This document shows, one piece after another, positions 39,141 through 52,645 of a stretch of DNA of 64,000 bases (position 1 is the stretch's first letter; every line of letters begins with the position of its first letter). The DNA is taken from NCBI RefSeq assembly GCF_009834535.1, contig NC_045696.1, positions 92,320,001 to 92,384,000 on the forward strand. The letters are read 5' to 3'. The position numbers and the translations under genes were made by a program. This DNA comes from Camelus ferus (taxonomy: Eukaryota). The notes beneath the pieces were generated by a model. It was not told where the DNA came from and did not search any database. It saw only the letters and a list, made by a program, of their open reading frames with translations.

Positions 39141-41621
39141 TCTGTCTCCAATAAAATAGGGGAGACAGGAAGTTCCTACCAAAGAACTAGATTTGTTCCA
39201 GTCCGTTTTGATATTAAATCCAACAAATATCAGTGAATTAGATACACACGCAAGTCATATGGTGTCTACCATTAATCAAAATGTGCTTAAAGTCTTCCAC
39301 TGAATTGATTTGAATGCAACTGAGCTAATGTGGTTTGCTATTGGAGCCATAAGTGTAAGATAGTCAGTATTTTGTGAGAAATGGAAATGTGAAGCAAAAA
39401 AAGATCCAGGCAGCGATACTGACTGGGGTGAGGGGTTAAGGAGACTCAGAGACAGGAAGAGGGCTGCTCACAAAGTGAGCAAGGACTTCAGGGCTCGCTG
39501 TGTCTGAACCATGCTTGCAGTCCTTCTCAGAAAAGGCAGCTGCTGACACTCCTTTCCCTGAGAGAAACTTCCACAACCACGGGGAGGGGGCCAGAGGAGC
39601 AGTCAACCCTCACCCTCTTGCTATAATAACCCTATTTCTTCACAGTAGAGCTTGGGCCATTCAAATACACACCGAACTATGCTCATCATTGTGATTTATT
39701 TGACATTTCCACAACTGGCTTCTGTGCACACATATGTTGGGGAAACTTGATAGGCTTTGGCGTATTAAAATTCTCCCTGTTTCTAGTACTCTTGATGCTT
39801 CACTTTCCAACGTATATAAAGCCTCTGGAACTGGTCTTCATCACGGGGAAGACATAGCCCTGTTTTCTGTTCTCAGTTTAACCAGACATAACATCCATGG
39901 GCTCACAACACCTGCCATCTATTTACTCAGAAAAGATGTCCACACTATCAACTGTCACATGAAACCACCTTAGTACTGCCATCATGCATGTCACTGAGCT
40001 CTGCCCATTCTCACAGCGTCACTGTTTCCATAGTGACTAATGCACAGAGCAGTTTAAAATGACAGATAACAGGAGAAAAGTAAGTAGCATAAATCAAATG
40101 CGTGCCGCATATCAGGGGTGCTGCAAAGCTGGTCACTGCATGTGTGAGGACGGGGTGGGTGCCTTGGCTTCCATATGGGTGACTGTCAACGGGCTGCTGA
40201 GCTTCTAGTCCCCCCTCTCTACCCAGTGAGCCCTTTAAATGCCTAAAAGAAGAGACTCAAGTGCCCAACTGCATCATTTATAGTCAACAAATAGGGCTAA
40301 GTAATGCTGTGGGTGCAACAAGGCACAGCCATGCTTCTGAGTCCCCCTGCCCCACACACGGCGGGTAGAGCAGCTTCCTAAGAGCACCTTTCCATCTTGG
40401 CTCTTTCACAGACCAGTCATCTTCCTCTTGCATCACTCAGTGCTGAAGGACATGCAATGGCTGCCTGCTGGCTTTCCAGCCAAGCTCCAGATCCTCATCT
40501 GAGAGCTTGGGGCACTGCTGGTCCAGGCTGCCGTCTGTCCTCGTCACACTCCCTGAGGCTGGACTCCATCCAGGCTGGGCCCCTCACCACCCCGCATAGC
40601 TCACCTGCTCTCTCCACTCCACTCCCCACCCTTCAGTAGAGGACTCAACCCCACCTTCTCCTTGAAGCCTTCTTGATACCCCCCGGGACAGACTGACCTC
40701 TCCTGTCCTGCCCTCCCCACAACACATACTCTTCCCTCCTTGCGTTAGAAACGTTTTCCCCATTCACTGCTTTCAACTCTACTCCTTGACTCACCCCACC
40801 CCGCCGTTCCACTGGGTGATGGCTTCCACTGAAGCTATGTTGGCTCAATTCCACACCTTTCGAAAGTCACTTTTCTTAAAACACTTTCTAAGACAGCCCT
40901 GCTTCTTTTAAAATGTCCACCTCATTTTTAATTTACATCCCTCTTCCCTTCCCATCCCTGACCCTACCGAGGTCACAATGCTTTTGGCACATGAGAGGAG
41001 AGGAGGATGGAGGCCTTCTGCCCTCTCTTCGCTGCATGCTCCTTGGTGTCGGTCCAGGAGAATGAAGGAAAATGAGAGAAAGACGGGAGAGTTCCAGTCC
41101 CCTGCATGTCTGGGGCCTAACTGCTGCCCTGCCTGTTTTCTTGGAGCTCAGAAGGTGGGGCCCTTTGTGCGATTAGCCTGTCGACCCTCAGCTTATGGCT
41201 TCCCACCAGCTCCTCTGATGTGCACGGCCCTGCACCACCCAGAAACCTGCAGCCCGTGGTCTCCACTTCTTGGCCTCAGTTCCAGGGTCCATTTGGGATC
41301 CTGCCTCCACACCCCTTCATGCTTTTCATGCCCTTGCCCCAGGTTATAGCAGCCAGCTGTCCCTTGACCCTTCCCCCACACCCTGGCAGTTGCCAGTGGC
41401 TAGATGCTGATCAGCATGGCATCCATCACTGTCCCTGATTTTGAGGATGGTGGACGGTTTGGCAGGTTGATGAGTGATTCTCCTAGAGTCTCCCTTTTGG
41501 CTTTGGGGTGGGAGGAGAAATACCTCATTCCCTTGCATGGGGTCAGTGAAAGGAGGAAGACCACAGCACTACCTCATAAGGAGACCTCTCATCCTCTCCC
41601 CAGTCAGCCTCTCAATATTCA

Positions 41622-42285
41622 CAATATGCCACTCCTGGACAGATATCCGAAGGGAACTCTAATTTGAAAACATACCTGCACCCCAATGTTCACAGCAGCA
41701 CTATTTACAATAGCTAAGACATGGAAACAACCTAAATGTCTATTGACAGATGACTGGATAAAGAACTTGTGATATATTTATATGATGGAATACTACTCAG
41801 CCATAAAGAAGAATGAAATAATGCCATTTTCAGTGACATGGGCGGGTCTGGAGATTGTCATTCTAAGTGAAGGAAGCCAGAAAGAGAGAAAATTACCATA
41901 TAATATCACTCATATGTGGAATCTTAAAAAAAGAAAAAGAAGACACTAATGAACTATCTACAAAACAGAAACAGATTCACAGACACAGTAAACAAACTTA
42001 TGGTTACCAGAGGAAAGAGGGTGGGAAGGGATAAATTGGGAGCTTGAGATTTGCAGATATTAACTACAATACATAAAATAAACAAGCTCCTTCTGTATAG
42101 CCCAAGGAACTATATTCAATATCTTATAGTAAATTATAATGAAAAAGAATATGAAAACTGAATACATGTATGTATATGTATGACTGAAACATTATACTGT
42201 ACCCCAGAAATTGACACACTGTAGCTGAGTATACTTTAACTTAAAAAAATTCATATTTCTAGCCCAGAAAAAAAAAAGAAAGAAA
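41622..42285 (+). mobile_element. 5'-truncated LINE-1 3' end
   Basis: cctgcaccccaatgttcacagcagcactatttacaatagc...ggaatactactcagccataaag; 3'UTR similar to the L1 at 1874-3024; two A-tracts at the end. Confidence 0.92.
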
Positions 42286-42860
42286 TCTTATCAGCCGTAA
42301 CAGTTAAGGGTCCACATATATGGGCGTGATGCTCTGCTAGGAACTACTTATTCTGTACAATCCCTACTCCAGTCCAGATAATCACAATTACATACAAAAA
42401 AGCTTTAATGCCCACAGTTTAATAATGAGACAGAGCTGTCCTCTAACTCTTGCTACGTCATGCTTAGGGCACCACACGATGTATTAACAATGATGTGGTC
42501 AGTTACGGCCTCCCTGAGACAGCTCCCCTCTGCGCTTCCCCACGTGGCCTCCCCTCAGAGGGGCGGTGACAACACCAGGACAACTTCAGTGCCCTTAATT
42601 GTCTCTTCCTGCTCAGCTCTGCACCACCCAACTCAGTGTCCACTGTAATAAAATTCTCTCTTGTCCTAACCCCACGTGGAGCCCATTTAATTTTTGCAAA
42701 ATAAGAGGAAATTAAGAAATTTCGGTAAGAGGAAATTTTTGACAAAATAAATAATTTCTGTTCTTGTGAAAGCAGGACAAAAAGAAATTAAAATTTTTCA
42801 AATAAAAAGTTCCCCATTTCCATCAAAATAATTTTGCTATCCTTGAGACAAATCTGTATA

Positions 42861-43178
42861 CAGTCAGCCCTTCATATCTGAAGGTTCCACGTCTGCAGAT
42901 TCAACCAACAAGTATTCAAAAATATTCAGAAAAAAGTTCCAGAAAGTTCCAAAAAGCTTAACTTAAATTTGCCATGTGCCAACAATGATTTACATAGCAT
43001 TTACATTGTACTAGGTATTACACGTGATCTAGGAATGACTGAAGTATACGGAAGGGTGTGTGTAGGTTATGTGCACATATGGACTAAGCCATTTTATATA
43101 AAGGACTTGTTCATCCTGGGATTTTGGTATTTGTGGGGGTCCTGGAACCAATCCCCTCTGGGTACTGTTGGAACACTG
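42861..43178 (-). mobile_element. MER2/MER2B-like Tigger DNA transposon
   Basis: ta|cagtcagcccttcatatc...gattcaaccaac...ggattttggtat...gggggtcctggaaccaatcccc...actg. Confidence 0.85.
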
Positions 43179-45352
43179 TCATCTCTGCAGGGTGAAGCCT
43201 GGACACTAATGTCTCTGTAGCAGAAAGCATTTGTCCTTCTCCTTGTCCTTCATACTTTGGTTGGCTGGTTTCCCATCTTGAAACAATGCCTGGATTGTCC
43301 TTCCTGTCCAACTTGTCCACCTTCCAAAATGCACACAAAACAGGTAATAATCTCAGGCCACAAACTTACATGTGTGAGAAATAGAACATGTTACAATTTT
43401 CCTACACATTTACTTAATTTCAACTCAGGGATCCCCTCCCGCCAAGCTGACTGGAAATCTGACTTTCAGACAATACTGGCTCTCTTCTTGCACCCTCCAT
43501 GCTGCTGGGACTGGGCCAGGGTCCCAGGGTCTCACCCTCCCCAGGCATCAGGAAATGCCTCCCATCATTGGTCATCTGTCCACTGTTACCCCAGAGACAG
43601 CTTCTGTCCCAGACCACATGGTCCTTGACTCTGCTACTTTCAAAGCACACAGATTGCTTCATAGATCTTAGGAGAAGCTGAACCCCTGGCTGGGGATCCA
43701 GTCTCTCTGATAACACAGGGCTATTTCCTCCAAGATCTGTCATGTTCTTTGAATGTTTTCAGGGAGCAAGATTCATGGGGTCACAGATCTTCCACAGAAC
43801 CTCCCAGCCAGCAGAATCTCTGCTTTATCTGTGAAATGCTTTTGCCCTCAAACCAGACTCTCTTCAACAGGCTTAGGCTCTGGGAAACAAAAAACACACT
43901 TTCTGCAAATAAGAAAGCATAAGCAACTTGCTTAATGAAGAGGAGAAAGTGGAGATTCGGGGAGAAGCCACATATATTAACGTATTTCAATGGATATTAA
44001 AGTCCCCATTGCAATCAAACCACAAGATCCCTTCTCCATTCATGCATCTGAGAAAAAAACGTTATATAGTTCAGTGTAGGCTGGAGTGAGTGGACCCAGA
44101 TTTGAGGTTTCAAGAGGCCCTACCACCTGGACCCATAAGGAATTCAGACCCTCAGGCTGCTCTAGCCCTTGAGAAAAGGCCATGAGAAGACTCAGTCAGC
44201 TCCATCTGCGCATCGCAGTGTGCTCAAAACTCAAGTCATTGAAGGAGTTTTGAAATGGTTATCATTTTTCAATTGACCAATATGAACCTGTGGATATTAT
44301 GTATCAATGTAAATAATTTGCCTACAAGGTCTGGTTTGATAAACCACCTTGCTTTCATTGTATCCTTCTTCTCAAACGATCAAGTGATAGATCAGGAATT
44401 ACTATCTCACGCAGACTCACATCCTTTGCAGAAAACCAGCAAAAACAAAGACTCAAGCAGTCCCTGCACACACCTCCCCCCAGGACTTTGCACACAACTG
44501 CACGTTTCTCTTTTGGAGTGACACAGTGCCTGGCCAGTGGATGTTTCTCAGGGAATATGCATGCTTCCGAGCAAATGGCTACAAGCATCCTTCATTCTTG
44601 TCTTTACTCTGTCATTTCAGGTTTTTTTCCTGTTGTAATCCATGCCATTTGGAAACCATCTTACATTTGTTTCTGGCACACAGCCAGGTGTTAAGTAGAT
44701 ATGCCAGAAGCCATGGGGGACAGCAAGGAGGGGTCAAGCCCTTCAGCAGCCAAGGTCAAAAGCAGACAGGATTCCTAACTGGCAAAGGAATGAAGACTCA
44801 CGATGAATGTGAAGAGAACAAGTCTGGTAGAGAGGACGTAGCCTGCACTGAAGCCACGAGAGCTACACTGTAATACAATCCCACAGAAGCCTTAGAAGCT
44901 GATGGAAACTGGCTCATGAATGCATCCAATTATCCATCCAACAAACTTTTATTGATCACCACAACACACCGCACTGTGCTACAACTGGGGCTGATTAAAA
45001 TATGGATATTCTAAGGCAAAAAAAAAAAAAGTTTATAAAGAAAGCACTACTGCAATGATGTCACCGTAGGCTCATACAGCTTCATTTCTTCTTGTCCTTT
45101 TGTTTTTGATGCCATTGACAATTCTAAGTGATAATAGTTGGTACTTTACTTCCATTATCTCATGCAGTCTTCCAAGCAACACCATAAAGGATTACCAGGC
45201 TCATCTTACAGATACTGGGGCACAGAGACATTAAGGAATTTGCTAGTAAGGACAAAGCTGGGAAAAGGCACTGTGCAGTACCTCCAGCTACTGCGAGTGC
45301 TCCTGCAGAGTTGTTCACTGCCACTAGGACATGTTTTGTGTTTGTACCTTAG

Positions 45353-45380
45353 ACACACACACACACACACACATACACAC
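45353..45380. repeat. (AC)n microsatellite
   Basis: Near-perfect AC run. Confidence 0.9.
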
Positions 45381-46002
45381 CTTGCTGAACTAAATATGGG
45401 TGACAAATACTTGTCCAAAAAAATCACCTTCACAGTATCTGTTACCTCCTTCAGCTCTGTATAAATTTACCTTCTAAGACCTGAAGATGTCCTTATTCAC
45501 CCCTCAAGAAAGACTTCCAGGAGCTTGAACTGCCAATAATAAACATCATGGCAGGTGACCTTTCCATCAGCCTATGGATTCTGGATCAGCTCTGAGCGCC
45601 TCAGTATGTGTGGTCTGTGGCACTACCTTTCTGGGCAGAGTCACAATGAAGGGCACTGTGCACCCGGACCATCCCTCATGCCAACAAGGGAAACAGAGTC
45701 TTGCCCAGAAACATCACTTGTCAATGTTAGATTCCTTTCAGTCCTCCTGAGTCAGTATAAGAAAAAGTTGTTCAGAAGCTGTCTGAGCTTCGAGCTGAAA
45801 CCAAAAGCCCGATATTTGGGATTGAACAGGATGTCATTAGCTCTGTCTTTGTGCTTCAGTTGCTGTAACTGAAAACGGGAATAATACTACTTGCTACCAC
45901 CTCCCAGAGTTTTGCTCAAGGATAAAAATAATATTAATTAAGCTCTTTCAAGCCCTTGGTTTAAATGTTTACATGAGGCAATCAACATAAAGTAAGATTT
46001 TA

Positions 46003-46103
46003 GGGGGAGGGAACTAGCTCAGTGGTAGAGTGCATGCTTAGCACATGACATGAGGTCTTGGGTTCGATCCCCAGTACCTCCATTAAAAAAAAAATTTTTT
46101 TTA
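46003..46103 (+). mobile_element. tRNA-derived SINE (Vic-1 type)
   Basis: gggggagggaactagctcagtggtagagtgc...gggttcgatccccagtacctcc; TSD aagattttag at 45994-46003 and 46104-46113. Confidence 0.92.
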
Positions 46104-47002
46104 AAGATTTTAGTGGCAAAGAATGTTATTCAGACATTTTGATAATTAGTATGTGTCTTTTGTCCTGTCCCCAAGATATTCTCATATCAAAGTAGGTATA
46201 CACCAAACTAATATTCTTAGGAAGAATAACAAGAAAAATTATAAGCTAACATTTTATGAATGTCTCAATTTCTAAAACAAATCATTATTAAAGGTCAAAT
46301 ACTTTGATCAATGGTATTGTCATGTGATAGTATTGCTTTCCTGCTAAGAAGTCAAATTGAAGTACACTTACTAAACGCACCACATTTGTTTCATTAGTGG
46401 CCGTCAATGATCAGTAAGCAGAGTTTACTAGTGGAATAGACATACAGACTTCCACCTGTTTGCTTTACCTTCCTACTGTCAATATTAACCAATGTTGTCA
46501 CTGCTGTATTTTCATGGAAATGTCTTCTCTGAGTCAGAATATAGATTCTGTTGGCAATAATTTGTAGGACAGCAAGAATTGGTCTCGCTCTCCCCCCTCT
46601 TGCACTCAGTGTACTGCTAGAGGGGCTTGGTGGTCAGTGGTGGCTAGAAAGACACTGCCATGTCAATATAAGATGATGCAGCTGAGGTGAAAATGCACAT
46701 GGAGTTGTCCAGCCCTGTGAGGGGTTCTACAGCAGTACCTTTCCATTCCTGCTGTACAATTACTTCCTCCAGCGTTGCATTCTAACCCATGCTTTGCATC
46801 CCAGCTCCAACAGTTGAGGGTGGTAGCACAGTCTACAGTCAGCAAGGTCCCAAAGGGCTCATTTCCTCATTTCCCTCTCACCAAGCATTGCATCCCTTGT
46901 AGCCTCCGGAAACAGTATTAGGCCACAAGTGGCCGAATTATAACCCCAGCTTGAGTTTTAATGCTTGACTCTCCTGACTTCTGAATGCCAAATGAATTTT
47001 TC

Positions 47003-47317
47003 TTTTTTCTTTTTTTGCATTTTAGACCTTTTTTTAAGTATGGTTGATTTACATTGTTGTTAGTTTCTGATGTACAGCACAGTAATTCAGTTATACATAT
47101 TCTTTTTCGTATTCTTTTTTCATTATAGGTTATTACAAGATACTGAATATAGTTCCCTGTGCTATGCAATAGGACCTTGTTATGTATCTATTTTATATAT
47201 AGTAATGTGTATCTGCTAATCCCAAACCCCCAATTTATCCCTCCTCCCCTTTCCCCTTTGGTATCCATAACTTTGCTTTCTATGCCTTTGAGTCTCTTTC
47301 TGTTTTGTAAATAAGAT
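47003..47317 (-). mobile_element. Short LINE-1 3'UTR insertion (sense to KCNAB1)
   Basis: Reverse L1 3'UTR (gaatatagttccctgtgctat...); TSD caaatgaat(a)ttttc at 46989-47002 and 47318-47332. Confidence 0.9.
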
Positions 47318-48498
47318 CAAATGAATATTTTCTAACTCACTTTGATCTGCAGCCCCTAATATTTCTCCCCAAATCTAAAACAATCTGGTACTTACTGCTT
47401 GCATGCCAAGAGAAGGTATGCAGATTTAAATGATTTGGCATCAAGACTGTAATTCTTCAAAGCCCAATATTCCAGGCAGTGATAGAGGAGCCATAGGTCT
47501 TTGGAAGGGAATGGAAAGAATTAAAAAAACAACCAGTTTCCTCTATTAGTATGTGAGACCACGCTTTACTGAGGAAAACTGCATGAGCTTTAAAACATTT
47601 GAAAATTTGTGTTAGATTGCGTACAAGTTTTATGAATAAGAATAAAAGCATGTTTCTGATTAAAATAACTAACCTAATGTGTTCAAGAGAATATTAGATA
47701 ATATTTCATAAATTAAAATATTTAATAAAATATTTAATTAAATTAATGAATTTAATTCAGAAAAAGAATTTCCTATCCCTGCAAGAAAATCCTACTAGCC
47801 CCCTCCCAATACCACTATGACAACATTAATGAGGCAGGGACAGTATGAGTTATAGGGAAAGGTAAAGTTCTATCACATGATGTGAACAGAGCCTTGCAGA
47901 TGCATCACATCAGGATGAAAGACGTGCTGCTACGGCTCCCAAACCCCAGGTGCTCGGAAGGAGTAAGAGTCCGTATCTCACTGATGACAGTCATGAAATT
48001 TGGAAGCAGATGTGTATTTTTTTGAGCCATGGGACTTTTGTTACAGCTTGGTCTTTATGATGATCCGTTGATTTATTTTTTTCTATTACTATCTACTTCC
48101 AAATCTTCTAATTTGTACTTAGGTCTTGGAATTTTAAAAAAAGGCAAAAAGGGATGTTTCTAGCAAGTGTTGCATTAAGGGGCCTAAGAAGCAGAGGAGA
48201 TGTGGGCGACAGCTTCCATTAGCGTTATTGCCAAGGTCAAGATAAAACTATTTAGACTTTTTCACACTGAAGGTACATTCTGTAAATATGAATTCTTATT
48301 CTGATTCAAAACCTAGGCTGTAGCCTTATACAGAGAAAATCCCCGGTGCACTGAATTTGCAATGATCTCATTATTCCTTTTGCTCTCTTGCCTCATCTGA
48401 ACAAACCTTAGGTGCTAGAGAAAGTAATGAGGATATGATGCTTGATACTTTGGGTTCCTTTAACTCTCCCCTCTCTAATATGCCGTATTTGCATGATG

Positions 48499-48975
48499 TG
48501 TGGTGGGCTATATAATGCCCCTAAAAGATGTTCACACCTAATTTCTGAAACTTGTGAATAATGTACCTTACCTGGTAAAGGGAATTTGCAGATGTGAGTA
48601 AGTCAAAGATTTTGAGATGGGGAGATTACCCTGGATTATCTGGCTGGAACCATCGTTATCTCAGCAGTCCTTATAAAAGGGACGCAGGAGGATCAAAGTG
48701 AGAAAGCAGAGATGTAAGATCTCTCCAGAAGGTGGAGAGATGTGCTTTGAAGAAGGAGGGAGGAGCTGGGAAGAGCCAGGAGATACCAGGGGCCTCTGGA
48801 AGCCGGAAAAGGTGAGGAAATTAATTTCTACCCTGAGGCCTCCAGAAAAACACAGCTCTGCTGACACCTTGATTTTCAATTTCTGGCTTCCAGAACTGCG
48901 ACGGAATACATCTGTGTTGTTTTAAGGCATGAACTTTGGGGTGGTTCATTGAAGCAGTAACAGGAAACCACTACA
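48499..48975 (+). mobile_element. MaLR solo LTR (MLT1D-like)
   Basis: tgtggtgggc...gagatggggagattaccctggattatc...gctctgctgacaccttgatt...cttccagaactg...aggaaaccactaca. Confidence 0.88.
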
Positions 48976-51900
48976 GTGTAAAATGCCCAGCTCTGCTTCC
49001 TAAAGATACTGACTGTATCCCCTTCTAAACTACTTCCTGTTTTGAGACAGGACCACCGAAGGTCCTGAAGACGCCCTCAGGAAACATCTGGTGAAGTTTG
49101 GAGTCCTCAGACAATATACACTTGCTTCTCTACTTAAAGAATGACCCTGTGCTTTTAGGGACTAAGATATCCAAGCCTCCTGATTTCCAGAAGATTGCTT
49201 GTAGGAGAAATGGTATTTGAGTGAAAATTAAACCTTAAACTTCTTCTCTGGAAGTTGAAGAGAAGACATGATCGAATGAGAAGTTGGATGTTAGACCATG
49301 AGTTTCCCAGCTCTCACTTTCTGAGTCTCCTTAAAGTAGCTTGCTTCTTTTCTCTTATCAAAACTGAACAAGTATGTTTTCCATCAAGGTGAAAACCCTC
49401 TGGAATCAGAAGAAGACTTCTTCTGAGCATTTCCAGTCTTTTCAGTAAATGCAAAGACTCAATGATGCAGAAGTGCTTCTACCTTCAGAGGTAGAAGATG
49501 GGGAAGGAATGAGTCAAAGGGTCTATTTTCATCAAATGCCTCAGAGGAATTCTTTGCTGGTTCTTGAGTTGAGAGAGAAGAGCGTTCATTAAAGCCATGT
49601 TATTTACACCGCTGATTTTCATAACAAGCTTGCTGTTGTGGTCTCAGGCCAAAGATACTAACCACAAAAGCCCCGTAACATAAAAACTAAGTTTAAAGTA
49701 GAAATTAATTTCAAAGAAATGGAGAAGAGGGTGCTTTAATAGCATATGTTCTTCAGGGAGAAGCTCGCTTTTCTTACATAAGAGCTTTGTTAAGGCATAT
49801 GGGCCTTCCGGTAGATACAAATTCATCGTGGGGAACAACGTGCTTGGAGTTTCCTGTGCTCGAGTCCCTTCGGGGGCACCGTCTTGGAAGATGTTGATTA
49901 CCAACACAGAAAACGTTTTTTGTTAATAAAACTAGTCATGTATAGTTGCCTTTATATTTAAACCTGCTAGATGAAAAAAAAATCTCTATAAGAGTGTATC
50001 AAAAGGCAGATTAATCATATTACAAGTTGTTTGTTTTTCTGTCTGGACACTCAACTACTACCGAAACCTGTATGTCAGATTTGACCTTTTCATATTTCTT
50101 CAACCCAAGAGACTTCAATCATCAACATTAAAACCTTTAGAGCTGATGATCTCATTAAGAGTTGCTATGTTATCAGCAGAGTGACCCACCATTATTCAAA
50201 TAAATAGGTCAGAACATTTAAAAATGTTTCAGAGCAGTTTTTTCAAAGATTGGCTCAAAAGGTTACAAATGATTTTTTTTCTCCTAAAAGAGAAAGCATA
50301 ACCATGAAATTCAGACAAGGAGACAGAGCGTATTTCTGTTATTAGGCAATCTCGCAATTCTGTCCTGGAAAGTCTAGACCCTTACTTGGAATTGTATCCA
50401 GCTCTGGGTGACTTAAAGGTGATGCAGTCATTGTAGAGAGGGTTTAAGTGAGAGTCGTAATTACAGCTGGGAACCAGAGAATGAATCTAGGAGGAACCAT
50501 CCTGGAAATTAGGAGGCTGAGTTGTAGTAATGGTTTTCAAGTACCAGAAGACTTCTGAGGCAGGAAGTTAGAGCTAGCTCATTTTCCTTCCAACAGGAGG
50601 CCGGCCAAGAAGCTTCCAGGGTGGCTTGCAAGGAGCTGAGTTGATTGCAAGAGGGAATTTTCTCCCGGTGAAGTGGTTTTTGACTCTTGGGTGGCTTAGC
50701 AGCCAGGCCAGGGGAGCACGTGCTGCTACCAGAATGGGAAGGAATCTCCCTCCCCAGGTGTGAACAGGAGGTTGGGGTCTCGGGCTCCTCACTGTGCGCC
50801 TCTCTTGCCCGACTGCTGGGCCTGTGCTTTCTTGCCTCTCAGTCTGCTGTCATCATTTTCCAGCCTGTCTTACTTTGGGTACAGACAATAGACAAGAATT
50901 CGAAAAAGCCTTCACTTTATTGCTTCCTCTGAGGATTTCAAAGATTAATGAGTGATTCTAATTCTTAGAAGGAAGAGCCACATTTATTTTCATGACTTCT
51001 GTGAAAGGAGATCACACAATATTTCTTCAGGGGCCTTTACAAGTAGTTGCTGCACAGTGCAAATTGGAAAAGCAGGACAGATTTCTCATGAGGGCTGGAC
51101 CAGATGGCCTGTGCAAGTGCTCTCAGAGTCCTCCCTAGTTGTCGATTCCAAGAAAAAAAAAAATCACTGCTGGGCTTCTGTTTTGGTTTCCAATCTGAGT
51201 AACTGCAAATCAACCTGCAATGAGGATTTTTAAAGGTATTTGGATTCTGACTCAGGAGCAAGTTCTCAAAGTAATCTCTAAAAGCAGAGAGGAGAGTGAA
51301 GTGTGTTCAGTGCTGGTGCCCCAATGAACATTTCACATCCAGGGTTGACGTGCAGCCCTGTCCAATCATCTGTGCCCATGTGTTTGTCGATCGCTTTCTG
51401 AGACACCAGTTCTTTAGAAACTGACACCAAGCACACTTTCATCTGGAAGTTAATTTATGTCCAGCTTCAGAACATGCATAAGTGGAGAGATGCCGAGGGG
51501 GCACTTTGGGGTCCTCACGACTCCACAGGAGATGAAGAAAGCGGGCTGGCTCTCTTAGTGCACAGCAGGGCTCTGTTTCTTCTAGAGACAAAAGCTTGAA
51601 TTGCAGACGGTGCATACGTAGAGAAGGGAATTGTCCCTTCTAGAAGCGTTTCATGCACTGTGCTTCTTTCCTGTGTTAAAAAATGGGGCATAACCCAGAA
51701 GCTGGAGTGTAGATGCTAAAGGAGCAAAAGGAACCCTGCTCTTGGAGTCAGGAGACCTGAGTTTGGTCTTGATCCTTTTATTAGTTCCTTGAGTAACTCC
51801 GACCAAGGAACTGGTCATTCCGTGTAAAATGATGTCACTGAACTAGATGGAATCTAAAGTTGCCTCAGTGCTGACATCCACTGCTAACTCATTTGTTTCT

Positions 51901-52602
51901 AGTGATTATGTAGGATTGAGATTCTCAATAGTGAAATGGAAATTTAAAGACTTTTGCCTTAAATCCTTCAGTCTCTACCACTCTATTTTTCTAATTCTGA
52001 AGAGTGGAAAGCTGGTCTTTGAAATATTTTTAAGCATACAAAGTAATTAATTTGCAACATCAAATCATTTTTTACTATGTCTGATGACTATCAGAATGGC
52101 TTTGAAATTCTTGTAAGGACAAGTATGAATCAATGCTTGTAAATTCAATTCTTCTCATGAAGTGGTATTCTCTCCTAGAAAAGTTTTGAAGAATATTCAG
52201 AGAAACCAAGAGTCCTATATTTAATCAGATTCACTGGACCCAAGTCTCATCTGTTCATGATTAGTATACTAATGAAAAACTATGAATTGATAAAGTGAAT
52301 TTGGAAAATCAAAGTGAGATTTATGAATGTGATTTTCCTTTTTAATGTGATGGGACTTTTTTCTCCTTCTCTCAGAACATTTCTCAAATTACCACAAATG
52401 CAAATGTTTACAGAAAATTTTAAAAAAGGAATTGCTATAAAATGAGCGCACTTCTAAAGAGGGTCACTGAATGGATTTCAAATTAAGAGCTTCATCTGCA
52501 GCAACCCAACTGAAGACCTCAGCAAGAAGACGAGCTGCTTCTGCAAACACTTTGGATAGATAGAGTCCTTCACTTGTATGTATGTACACACATGTACACA
52601 TA

Positions 52603-52605
<3 letters not shown>

Positions 52606-52643
<38 letters not shown>
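52606..52643. repeat. (AC)19 microsatellite
   Basis: Perfect AC run preceded by degenerate purine-pyrimidine repeats. Confidence 0.95.
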
Positions 52644-52645
<2 letters not shown>

